From an uncultured candidate division Zixibacteria bacterium (GTDB lineage Bacteria > Zixibacteria > MSB-5A5 > GN15 > FEB-12): 64,000 bases of DNA. Where the stretch lies: NCBI GenBank assembly GCA_963806185.1, contig CAWDXE010000001.1:384001-448000 (forward strand), read 5' to 3'. Position 1 is the stretch's first letter; the number at the start of each line of letters is the position of its first letter. The notes under the pieces are model-generated. The model did no database searches. It was not told the DNA's origin and was given only the letters and a program-made list of their open reading frames with translations. This document shows positions 28,325-37,700 of this stretch, one piece after another. The position numbers and the translations under genes were made by a program.

Positions 28325-31171
28325 ATGCAGAACGACCCGCCCGACAACGAATCAACTCGTGCTATCTCAATTCTGGGACCGGGAACTATGATTTCCCGGT
28401 ACAAAATCATCAGTCGCCTGGGCTCCGGCGGCATGGGTGAGGTTTTCGTCGCCGAAGACACCACCCTGCGCCGGCGGGTCGCTCTCAAGTTCCTCGCCCC
28501 CACCCTTTCATCCGACCCGATTCTGCGCCAGCGCTTCCTTCGCGAAGCACAATCGGCCGCCGCCCTCAATCATCCGAATATCATTACCATTTTCGAGGTA
28601 GCCGAACACGGCGAACGAGTCTTTATCGCCATGGAATATGTCGAGGGCCGGACCCTGCGTGAAATCATCGATCTCGGCCAGATTACACCGCAGGATGCCA
28701 TCGCGCTTGCCGTGCAGATCTGTGACGGCCTGCAGGCGGCCCACAAGGCCGGGTACGTCCATCGCGACATCAAACCGCTCAATATTATAGTCGACCCGTC
28801 CAACCGGGTGCGCATTCTTGACTTTGGTCTCGCCAAAGCGGTTGGCGATGTCCAGCTCACCCAGGCCGGCAGTGCCTTGGGGACGGTCCAGTACATGTCA
28901 CCGGAACAGGGACAGGGAGCGGAACTGGATCATCGAAGCGACATCTTTGCCGTTGGCATCGTGCTCTACGAAATGCTTTCGCGCAAGCTACCGTTCCAGA
29001 AGAACAATATGGCCGCGACCATTTATGCCATCATTACCGAGCCCCACCCCCCCTTGCCGCCGCACGTGATTGCCCGCTTTCCGAATATTCAGACGATTCT
29101 CGATCGTGCTCTCGCTAAGCCGGTCGACCAACGCTATCAGTCAATCTCCGACATGGGCGCCGAGCTGCGTCAATTACTGGGCGGCGAGCATACGCAAACG
29201 ACTATGGCCGGACTTGCCGTTCAGACCATGGTCCCTCCGACGCCGCCGAAGCCCAAATCACTCGCCGTGCTTCACCTGAGGAACATGGGCTCGCCTGATG
29301 ACGACTTCTTAAGTTACGGTATCACGGAAGATCTCATCGTCGATCTCACGCGCGTCGGCACCATTCGCGTTGCTCCTATGCGGTCGATCATGCGCTTCAA
29401 GGACAGCGACGCCGACGTGAATGAGATTGCGACCAAGCTCAATGTCGCCTACGTGCTCGACGGATCTATCCACAAGTCGGCCGGCGGCCTCCGCATATCG
29501 GCGGAACTGATCAATGTCGAGGACGGCGCCAACCTCTGGGCCGAACGATGGCAGGAGCCACTCGAGAACCTGCCCCGCATCAAACGCCTTCTCCTCTCCG
29601 CCGTCACCCAGGCGCTCGATATCGGACAGACTATTATCCGGGTCGCTGAAGTTGGAAAAGCCGTGGCGGAAGATGCGGGCGCATACGAACTCTATTTGCG
29701 CGGCAAGTATGCCTTCGACAAGAAGAAAGACAAAGCCGACGTCGAGTCGGCTCTTTCACTCTATCGAAAAGCTCTGGCTATGGAACCCTCCCTGCTGGCT
29801 GCACGGGTCGGGATCGCCGAAATCCTGCTTTACCAGGGACTTTTCGCAGATGCGCGCGTCGAAATTGATCTCGGATTGACGGAGGCCGAAGCAAAGAACC
29901 TGCATTCCGAACAGGCTCATCTGCTTCGTCTGATGGCTAAGTTTCATGTGCAGCATGCCCAGTGGGACGCGGCGCGCGCGTCAGCCGATCATGCTCTCAC
30001 ATTATCTCGGAAACTCGGCGACCTCTCCGGCGAGGCCGAGTCGCTGGGCATCCTGATTTCTATATTCCAGCAACAAGCCAGGTTCGACGACACTTTGCCG
30101 CTATTCGATCGCGTTCTCGAAATCAGCCGCAAGCTCGACGACCGCGACAAAGCGGCCGAGGCTCTGAAAAATATGGGTGTGGCATATTCGCGTAAAGGAG
30201 ACTACGGACGCGCGCTTGATTTGTACGAGGAAGCGCTGGAACTCGCTCGCCAGGTGGAAAATCTCTCGCTCCAGGCAGCCTGCTTGTCCAATATCGGAAA
30301 TGTCTCCTACTTCAAGGGTGACCTCGATAACGCTCTGCGCAACTACGGCGAAGCGCTCGCCATCAACAACCGCCTCGGCGATCAAGGCGGCACCGCCCGC
30401 CAAAGTCTCAACATGGGGCTGGTCCATCTCCAGCGCGGGCAGAATCGCGAAGGATTAGAGTTGCTGAATACCGCCGCAACTTTCTTCGAGGCCCTTGGCG
30501 ACAAAGTAAATTTCTCCATGACTCTCTCCAATATCAGCCATCTCAGTCTGACGCTTGGAGAAATCGACAAGTCACGCAACGCCGCCGACCGGGCATTGGC
30601 TATAGCCGAGGAGAACAACCATCCGCTGTCCCTATCGACGGCTCATCACCGACTCGGCGCCATCAGCCTTCACGTGATGGATTACGATAACGCCTCTCTG
30701 CACCTGCATCGAGCCATGGAGATTGCCGAAGGCGCGAAGATGAGCCGTAACGTCGCTACTCTTCAGGTCAACCTGGCCGAACTGCATTACCATCGCCGGC
30801 AATTCGACTTCTCCCGCAAACATGCCGAGCGGGCCCAGACGATTTCGCGCGAGATCGGCGACAAAGTGACGTTGATTCTGGCTGAAGCCTACCTCGCCAC
30901 GGCGGCGGCTGCGGAAGGACTCTTCCACGCCGGCACCAAACAGCTGCGACAGGTCTTGGGAAAGGCCAAGGAGATTGGCGACGCCAACGTCGCACGCCAA
31001 ATCGAAATTCTGCTTGGGGAAGTGCTCTACACGCGCGGTCGTGGAGCCGATCAGAACGAAGGGAAAGCAATCCTGCAGCACGCGCTGATTCAGGCGACAT
31101 CCGATGAGATATCGCCCGAAATCAGTCGCATCAGTCGTGTCCTGGACGCCCCCCCCGATCAACCGGCGTAG
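28325..31171 (+). CDS. Hanks-type Ser/Thr protein kinase with TolB-N-like domain and TPR repeats
   Basis: LGSGGMGEV, VALK, HRDIKPLN, DFGLAK, GTVQYMSPEQ; SLAVL...GITEDLI domain; many TPRs; no TM segment. Confidence 0.92.
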   Translation: MQNDPPDNESTRAISILGPGTMISRYKIISRLGSGGMGEVFVAEDTTLRRRVALKFLAPTLSSDPILRQRFLREAQSAAALNHPNIITIFEVAEHGERVFIAMEYVEGRTLREIIDLGQITPQDAIALAVQICDGLQAAHKAGYVHRDIKPLNIIVDPSNRVRILDFGLAKAVGDVQLTQAGSALGTVQYMSPEQGQGAELDHRSDIFAVGIVLYEMLSRKLPFQKNNMAATIYAIITEPHPPLPPHVIARFPNIQTILDRALAKPVDQRYQSISDMGAELRQLLGGEHTQTTMAGLAVQTMVPPTPPKPKSLAVLHLRNMGSPDDDFLSYGITEDLIVDLTRVGTIRVAPMRSIMRFKDSDADVNEIATKLNVAYVLDGSIHKSAGGLRISAELINVEDGANLWAERWQEPLENLPRIKRLLLSAVTQALDIGQTIIRVAEVGKAVAEDAGAYELYLRGKYAFDKKKDKADVESALSLYRKALAMEPSLLAARVGIAEILLYQGLFADARVEIDLGLTEAEAKNLHSEQAHLLRLMAKFHVQHAQWDAARASADHALTLSRKLGDLSGEAESLGILISIFQQQARFDDTLPLFDRVLEISRKLDDRDKAAEALKNMGVAYSRKGDYGRALDLYEEALELARQVENLSLQAACLSNIGNVSYFKGDLDNALRNYGEALAINNRLGDQGGTARQSLNMGLVHLQRGQNREGLELLNTAATFFEALGDKVNFSMTLSNISHLSLTLGEIDKSRNAADRALAIAEENNHPLSLSTAHHRLGAISLHVMDYDNASLHLHRAMEIAEGAKMSRNVATLQVNLAELHYHRRQFDFSRKHAERAQTISREIGDKVTLILAEAYLATAAAAEGLFHAGTKQLRQVLGKAKEIGDANVARQIEILLGEVLYTRGRGADQNEGKAILQHALIQATSDEISPEISRISRVLDAPPDQPA

Positions 31172-31195
31172 GGAATCATCACGACGTCGACAGCC

Positions 31196-32968
31196 TCACG
31201 GAATCAGTTTGACCGTGTCCGCCAATTCTACTTCGTAAAACTTGCCGGTTTTGGCCGCCGACAGGCTATCGCTCTGTAACGGCCAGTCGACTTGACGTGC
31301 CGCGCCGCCGAGCGGATCGCCGGAGAAACCGACAATCTGCCCATATGCTGTCGGAACAAAGAGCGCCGACATCTGGGGCCGCTGGATATACGTCACGGCC
31401 CCATTCCCATTTTGCGGGTGAGCCAGAGCTTCCAACACATAGGTGTGGGTACCCGGCGTTACGGTGAAAATCCGTTCCGATGACAAGTCAAAATAGTGCT
31501 GGCGACCGGGCGAGTCCATGTCGCCGGGACCGGATTGACGCGAGTACGGCCCGAGCACGCCGGCACTGGGCGATTCGGAAATCTGGATGTATGCCTGTGC
31601 CCGCTGACTCGTGCCATAGGCTTCAAGTGTCGCCAATCCTCGCACAATGACAAACCCCGCCGCCGGCACGGTAATAGTGACCGACGAGACCTGTTGCACC
31701 GTCGCCGTGTGCTGCGTCAGCAAAATCGCATCGGACGCCCATGTCGATGCCACCCCTGGTTCGTCGAGTATTTCCGGCGATCCGATCGCGTTCTCGGGCA
31801 GGTTTACCGACGAGTCGGCAGGCGCACCGGCGACCTCTAAACTTCCCTTCGGTTCGTTGGTGCCGATCCCCACTCCGCCCCGTGCTCGAATTATGAACTG
31901 GTCGTCACCCGTCGATGCAAAATCCTCGTCGAGCTGATCTGCCCAGACGAATGTTCCGTTGTGATTTGCCTTGGCGCGATGGCCGGCCGCATACGAGTGT
32001 TCACCGTCGGCATTGTTCTCCTGCCCGCCCGGCACCGCTCCATAATCTCCGGCGGCCTGATTGTCCAACCCCCCGCTCACCACGGCCCACGCTCCATCAA
32101 CCGTGTTATGCTCACCGCCGCCGATGGCACTCCCGCGGCCGTTGGCCGTATTATTCAGACCTCCGGTAACCGTGGACAACGGGCCATTGGTCACGTTGCC
32201 CGATCCACCGCCGATCGTCGACGAATCCCCGTTGGCGGTGTTCGCAAAACCAAGTACGGTCGTTTCAAGTCCATCGCTGCTGTTCTCGCCCATGGTGATC
32301 TGACCCTGGCTGACAATGTCGCCGTTCGGTTTGACGATGAGCGTGGTGTCCTGTTCATCAAGGCCGAAAAACACGATCGATCCATCCTGAATCTGAATCT
32401 TTTTCTGAAGCGCATTGGGCGACGATACCTTGGAGTCAACCGGTTCATAAAAGTCGAGCGATCCGCCGCCCGATGACCCCCTGCCAAAACCTATCTGCAC
32501 CGACGGTCCCGCGATGGCGGGCCGATGGAGCCCCGAACCCTCAGGCACGATCGTCAGCAGTCCTTCCATCTGGCCGCCGGTCGTGCCGTCGACTGTCGAC
32601 ACGCGCTGCGAGTACGCCACCGACGTCACCTGGGTCCGCGGTATGATCGATTCTCCATTGACACTAATCTCCAGCCATCGTTCCGGTGAGGCAAACACTG
32701 AGTCTGTCAGCGGTACCACACTTCCCAGGACGACGGCAAAGAGCCCGCCGGCAACCTGCACCGACGGATGCGTCTCGCTCCAGAGCGCCGTACCCTGGTC
32801 GGGAGAATTGAAGATTGAGAATGTCAGTGAATACGTGCTGTCAGCAACCACTTCCGTGCCGGCCTGCAGTTTCCCCTGATAGTTGATTACGTGTGGTACG
32901 GCTGCATGGACTGAGCAGCCAAACGTCGCCGCCAAAATCAGTCCTGACGCCAATCGGTGAAGCTTCAT
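31196..32968 (-). CDS. Secreted adhesin/tail-fibre-like protein with YadA-head-like GG..N repeats
   Basis: Signal peptide, VP..INYQGKL N-domain, roughly 15-residue (S/A)x(I/V)xGGxxNxxxG repeats, GTFVWAD, GGVGIGTNEP. Confidence 0.78.
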   Translation of the reverse strand: MKLHRLASGLILAATFGCSVHAAVPHVINYQGKLQAGTEVVADSTYSLTFSIFNSPDQGTALWSETHPSVQVAGGLFAVVLGSVVPLTDSVFASPERWLEISVNGESIIPRTQVTSVAYSQRVSTVDGTTGGQMEGLLTIVPEGSGLHRPAIAGPSVQIGFGRGSSGGGSLDFYEPVDSKVSSPNALQKKIQIQDGSIVFFGLDEQDTTLIVKPNGDIVSQGQITMGENSSDGLETTVLGFANTANGDSSTIGGGSGNVTNGPLSTVTGGLNNTANGRGSAIGGGEHNTVDGAWAVVSGGLDNQAAGDYGAVPGGQENNADGEHSYAAGHRAKANHNGTFVWADQLDEDFASTGDDQFIIRARGGVGIGTNEPKGSLEVAGAPADSSVNLPENAIGSPEILDEPGVASTWASDAILLTQHTATVQQVSSVTITVPAAGFVIVRGLATLEAYGTSQRAQAYIQISESPSAGVLGPYSRQSGPGDMDSPGRQHYFDLSSERIFTVTPGTHTYVLEALAHPQNGNGAVTYIQRPQMSALFVPTAYGQIVGFSGDPLGGAARQVDWPLQSDSLSAAKTGKFYEVELADTVKLIP

Positions 32969-33569
32969 AACGGTATGTTTCCCATCTCTGGCATAGTGTC
33001 ATCGCGAGTTTCGTGATCAGGGCATTCAAGGTACCCAGTGCGGAGATTCCTGCATTCTGTCGGCCACACCCCGACGCTTCCGAGAAGTCAAAGCCACCCC
33101 TCGTGACGGGTTGTATTCACCTGACCGATCGACTCAAATCATGGCGTCGCTCGATCACGCGCTAAATTCACGGTGTGCTTCTCTAAGAAAATATCGGCAA
33201 CGTCGATCTGTCAAGACTATTTTAGGAGGACGCACCGGTAACCGGGGTCGGGGCAGCACCCGGTCCCGGGAAGCGGTCCGGAGATGGTGAAAAAGGCGGT
33301 TAAGAATTATTTTTCGGGTGGGGGAGGCAACCAGGCCGTAAAGCGACAGTCCCCCTCCCCCCCAGTGTCGCGGTCGGCCGGCGCCTCCCAGTCACCCTTG
33401 CTGTGAGTGGGTCTCATGCGAGCAAGACCGCCCTCGAAGCGTGTGCCTTACCAATATCGGGAAGGCCACTGTCAGAATCCGGCAGTCTCAATTCAACTTT
33501 TTTTGATTACTGCCAAAATTCCCCCGCTTCGAGGCAATGCGCCAAGCCTGACCATCCAACCGGGGCAGT

Positions 33570-34184
33570 CTATACGATATCCACCTTGGAAATGCTCTTA
33601 AGGTCCTGAACCTCAATGGGTAACATGCTCTCGTCCTCCACCACCCATCCTTGGCTATACCGCAAACGAGGCCGACTAAACTCGATCTTTCTGCCGCTTC
33701 TGGTGGCAGTCTTGCTCTCCAGCCGCAACGACCACCGGTTAGCGATGGCAAGTTCGATCAAACTGGTGGTCAAGCGGTCAGAATAGTCGGGTCGACTGAC
33801 AGAGGTAGTCGTCACATCTTCGAGATTCGCGAGGACTTCTCCCACCAGCGCACAATCGGTACTCTGGATCTTCTCAATCAATCGAATGAAGTCCCGCCGG
33901 TATAACTCGTTTACATGCCGGCACATGAAACTGAGGGCACAAATGACCAACACGGACTCGGTGAGCGTGAGGTGATCCAATTTGAGATGCTGCGGCAACA
34001 GCAGTCGATACCCTTCCTGATCCCGATCGTAATAGACCGGGACAGTTGCCTCCGAAATGTCGGTGAGATAGCGGTAGGCCGTACGTGGGGCAATATTGCA
34101 GACGCTGCATATCTTTTCCAGACTAACCGGCTGAGAGCCGCTAAGCAGGTTTATCAGTCGTATGAGTCGCGAAAGTTTTGCCAT
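33570..34184 (-). CDS. Winged-HTH transcription regulator, WYL/PafB-like with degenerate WYL domain
   Basis: RLIRLINLL...PRTAYRYL..I...VPVY...GYRL N-terminus typical of YafY/PafBC; C-terminal PRLRYSQGWVV resembles an eroded WYL motif. Confidence 0.75.
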   Translation of the reverse strand: MAKLSRLIRLINLLSGSQPVSLEKICSVCNIAPRTAYRYLTDISEATVPVYYDRDQEGYRLLLPQHLKLDHLTLTESVLVICALSFMCRHVNELYRRDFIRLIEKIQSTDCALVGEVLANLEDVTTTSVSRPDYSDRLTTSLIELAIANRWSLRLESKTATRSGRKIEFSRPRLRYSQGWVVEDESMLPIEVQDLKSISKVDIV

Positions 34185-34236
34185 ATGTCAGTCCTTTTGT
34201 CGGGGCGGACGGGTTTGCCCGCCCCGCTAAATCCGT

Positions 34237-34476
34237 TTAGAAAGTCAACAATACCACCTCGACAACTCCGCCGATCACTACCCAGATCACGTCGGCAGAT
34301 GTTGCTTCAAGTCCGCCAATCGCTGCCGATTTTGGGGGAGGTGGCGTCTCGACAGGTGGCCCCCCCGAGGTTCCGTCAGCATACGCGGACTCAATGCCAA
34401 TCACCCCAGAAACGAGCAAGAAGCTCAGGATGAGAAGCGAAGTGAGCGCAGCCGTGACTGTTGCGCGACGATGCAT
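34237..34476 (-). CDS. Small secreted or membrane peptide (79 aa)
   Basis: AAGGAGG RBS; signal peptide with AYA-D cleavage site; Pro-rich linker; hydrophobic C-terminus. Confidence 0.75.
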   Translation of the reverse strand: MHRRATVTAALTSLLILSFLLVSGVIGIESAYADGTSGGPPVETPPPPKSAAIGGLEATSADVIWVVIGGVVEVVLLTF

Positions 34477-34522
34477 GATGCCTCCTTACAGGTTTCTCGT
34501 GAACCCGGTCTGGCAGATTATG

Positions 34523-34671
34523 TCAATCGTCGTGCCGTCTTTTCGACGCTAGAGCGGACACCGTATGCTGTTATTGTGCAATGCGTTAGATAAATTTCAC
34601 CGCTTTGCCTAAGGGGTGTCTTACCTGTGCGTGCGCTTGGTTACCACCAGTGTGACAGCAAGTCATTGATC
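34523..34671 (-). promoter_or_regulatory. Sigma54-type promoter (-12 variant TTGA) with IHF-like site
   Basis: Minus strand CGGCAC-GACGA-TTGA at 34523-34537; CAAGTCATTGATC at 34659-34671 is close to the IHF consensus YAANNNNTTGATW. Confidence 0.6.
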
Positions 34672-34740
34672 ACCTTATCTGACTCTGACCGGTTCAGCGG
34701 CAAGAATCCGGTAAACGGCAGACTTTGGGGAGTGCAAGAG

Positions 34741-37700
34741 CTAGAGCTCAATATGATACTTGAGCGCTTTTCTTCGAAAAGTCGACAGCGGCATGGCCAA
34801 CGATCGGGCGGCCCTTGACTGATTTCCATTCGCCTTCCGAAGTGCTTCCCGGATTTGGACCTCTTCCATGTTGGCAATCGCAGCCGAACCCCTGGGCGAC
34901 CTGGTGGATTTGATAATCTCGACCGGCAGAACGTTGGGTGTGATGGCCCGACCCGGCATGAGGATACACCAACTTTCGATTAATCGCTTCAGTTGTCGCA
35001 CATTGCCCGGCCAGGAGTAGATGGACAGTAAACCGATCGTTTCCGGAGTCAAAATCGGCGCCTGCCCACGGCTGAAAAGCTGAAGGAAATGATCTATGAG
35101 CAGCGGGATGTCACCAAGGCGCTCGCGCAGCGGGGGAATCTCCACGGTCACCGTATTGATTCGGTAATACAAATCCTGTCGGAATCGCCCACGTTCCATC
35201 AACTCGATCAGGTTCTTGTTAGTGGCGCAGACAAAACGGATATCTGTGTGCACAGGACGATTGCTTCCCACCTTCTCGTATTCCTGATATTCGACAACGC
35301 GCAGCAATTTCGCCTGGATCTCAAGCGGCATATCGCCGATTTCATCAAGAAAGAGCGTACCGGAATCAGCCGCCGCCAGTCGTCCCTCGCGCTCTACTAC
35401 GCCGGTGGCGACCCCCTTGGCAACGCCGAACAATTCACTCTCAACCATCGTCGGGGCCAGTCCCGCGCAATTCAATTTCACCATATTGCGCTTGCATCGC
35501 GGACTCAGGGAGTGGATGCGCTCGGCGATAATCTCCTTGCCCGTGCCGCTTTCACCCAGCAAGAGTACCGGCGCAGTCGTTTGGGCGATGCGATCGAGCT
35601 GCTCGAAGATTTCCGCGGTTTTCGGATCGCGGCTGATGAATTGGCCTGATTCGCCCAGATGTGCTAATCGTTTTTCAAGCTGGTCCGACTTGGTCAGCAG
35701 TATTCGGTATGACTGGGCATTGCTCAGAGCGACGGCCACCAGGTTTGCGATGGCCTGGATGTACTGGAGGTCGCTCGGTTCAAATAGTGAAGGAATGGTA
35801 TGGTGATCAAGATACAGCACGCCGAGCACCTGCCCTTCCACGGTCAGAGGCACGGCCGCTACGGAAAGAATATTATGAGCAATCACACTCTTGAGGGAAC
35901 GAGTGCGATTATCCTGGATCGCATTTTCCACGAGAATCGGCAGGGAATCACTGGCGGCGGTTCGCGGAATGGATCGGCTGAAATCGAGAATGTCGGCCAT
36001 GCTCTGATCATCGTCGCAGTTATACGACACGGCCGGCCGGAGTCCGGCGGCATTGCCCGTATTGAGTAAGATGACTCCCCGTTCAGCACCGGTTTGCTCC
36101 ACGGCATAGCGTACCAGTTGATACATCATTTTGGGATAGTCGTGTACGTCCTTGAGAATCGAAGAGATGCCATGGAACGAATCAATGAGGTGCGTCTGTT
36201 CATCTGCAGCCAGGGCGAGTTTGGCCAGGCTGGCTTCGATCTTCTCCAGCATAAGGGCGTTTTGCAGCTGTTTCGCGATCTGGCGCGCCTGCAAAAGGTA
36301 CTTTTTCGCGGATCTGGACCGCGATCCCTCAATATAGAAAGCACTCACTTCAATGGCGATCAACATCGCCCGGAACCGGTCCCCGGCCTGATTCAACTCG
36401 ACAAACGCCGATTTCCACCCTTTGATTTCGTCGCCCCGTTGGCCAATGTCTGACGGATACAGTAGAGTCGATAGCACGCGAAAGACCGGAACGTCGTGAT
36501 CAGAAATGACCGCGCGCAGTCGATCACGCCGGGCGCGCATGTTGTCATCTACGCTCTGCCCGCTGGCAACGATCTGAAATAGCCCGAGCGCGGCATAGAA
36601 AAAGCTCCCGCGTTCCAGCAGAACATCAATAATCGGATATACCGAGGCAGGATCGACGTCTCTTGCGTACACCAGGTCGCCGATTTTCTGTATCATATCC
36701 AACTCGGCGAGCGAGGTGATATCCTCGTACTGAGCGAATAGCTTACGGGCTGATTCAAGGGCCGATGAGAGTCTGGGCATGTCCCCTCGAATCAGGGCAC
36801 ATTCGGCCAGCACGTGATATGCCTTCCCCTCCAGGCTCGTCGGAGGAATGCTGCGCGCGATTTCAAGGGCGTGACTGCACGCCTCTTCGGCCAGCTTCAC
36901 CTCTCCTCGCCATAGCGCACAAAAGGCAGATATTTGATGGTAGTGGAGCAACTGCCCTGGATTGGCATTATTTGCTATTTCCACGTAGAATCGGCGAAGC
37001 CAGTAGTCGGCCTTGTTGATGTCACCCAATCGGACATAGGCGAGTATCAGGACGAGGCAGTTGGGAGCCAAGAGCGATCCCTGCTCCAGCTCGCCGGCCA
37101 TATTTATCGCGTTCTTGGCTGCACGTGCCGCTCCCTTGTAATCGGAAAGTCCTGTTTTGACCAGCGCAAGGGTCGAAAGCGCCGGCACAAGGACCTCATT
37201 CTTCATCGGCTCGGACAGGGCAACAGCCTTACCTAGATGCGCTGCCGCATCCAAAAACCTCCCCTGTCGCCAGTGCAGCACGCCGGAGGTGTACTCGGCC
37301 ATCGCCTCCAGGTCAACAAACCCCGCCTGCTGACTTCGCTGCCTGACCTCCTCAACCATTTCTTCTGCGGAAGTCTGCTCGTTGCCAATCATTCTTATCC
37401 AGGCCAGCGTGCGCATGAACCGGAGTTCCGAATGGAGATCGGAGTTTCTTCGCGCCACGGCAATTCCAATCTCCGCAAGTTCCCGGGCTGGGACAATATG
37501 GTCCAGTTTGATTTTTGTTTTCAGGACAAGCTGCAGACTTGACAGGTGCGCCTCCACGCTGCGCTCATCGTTCAGGACGCTGTCCAGCAGCGACTCGGCT
37601 TGAATCAAACGGTTTAGATTGTATGCTTCCGACGCAAGGTCGATGATCGCAGCCGGGTTGGCTGAGACTGCCGAGTCGTTTCCTACAACCTCACGGTACC

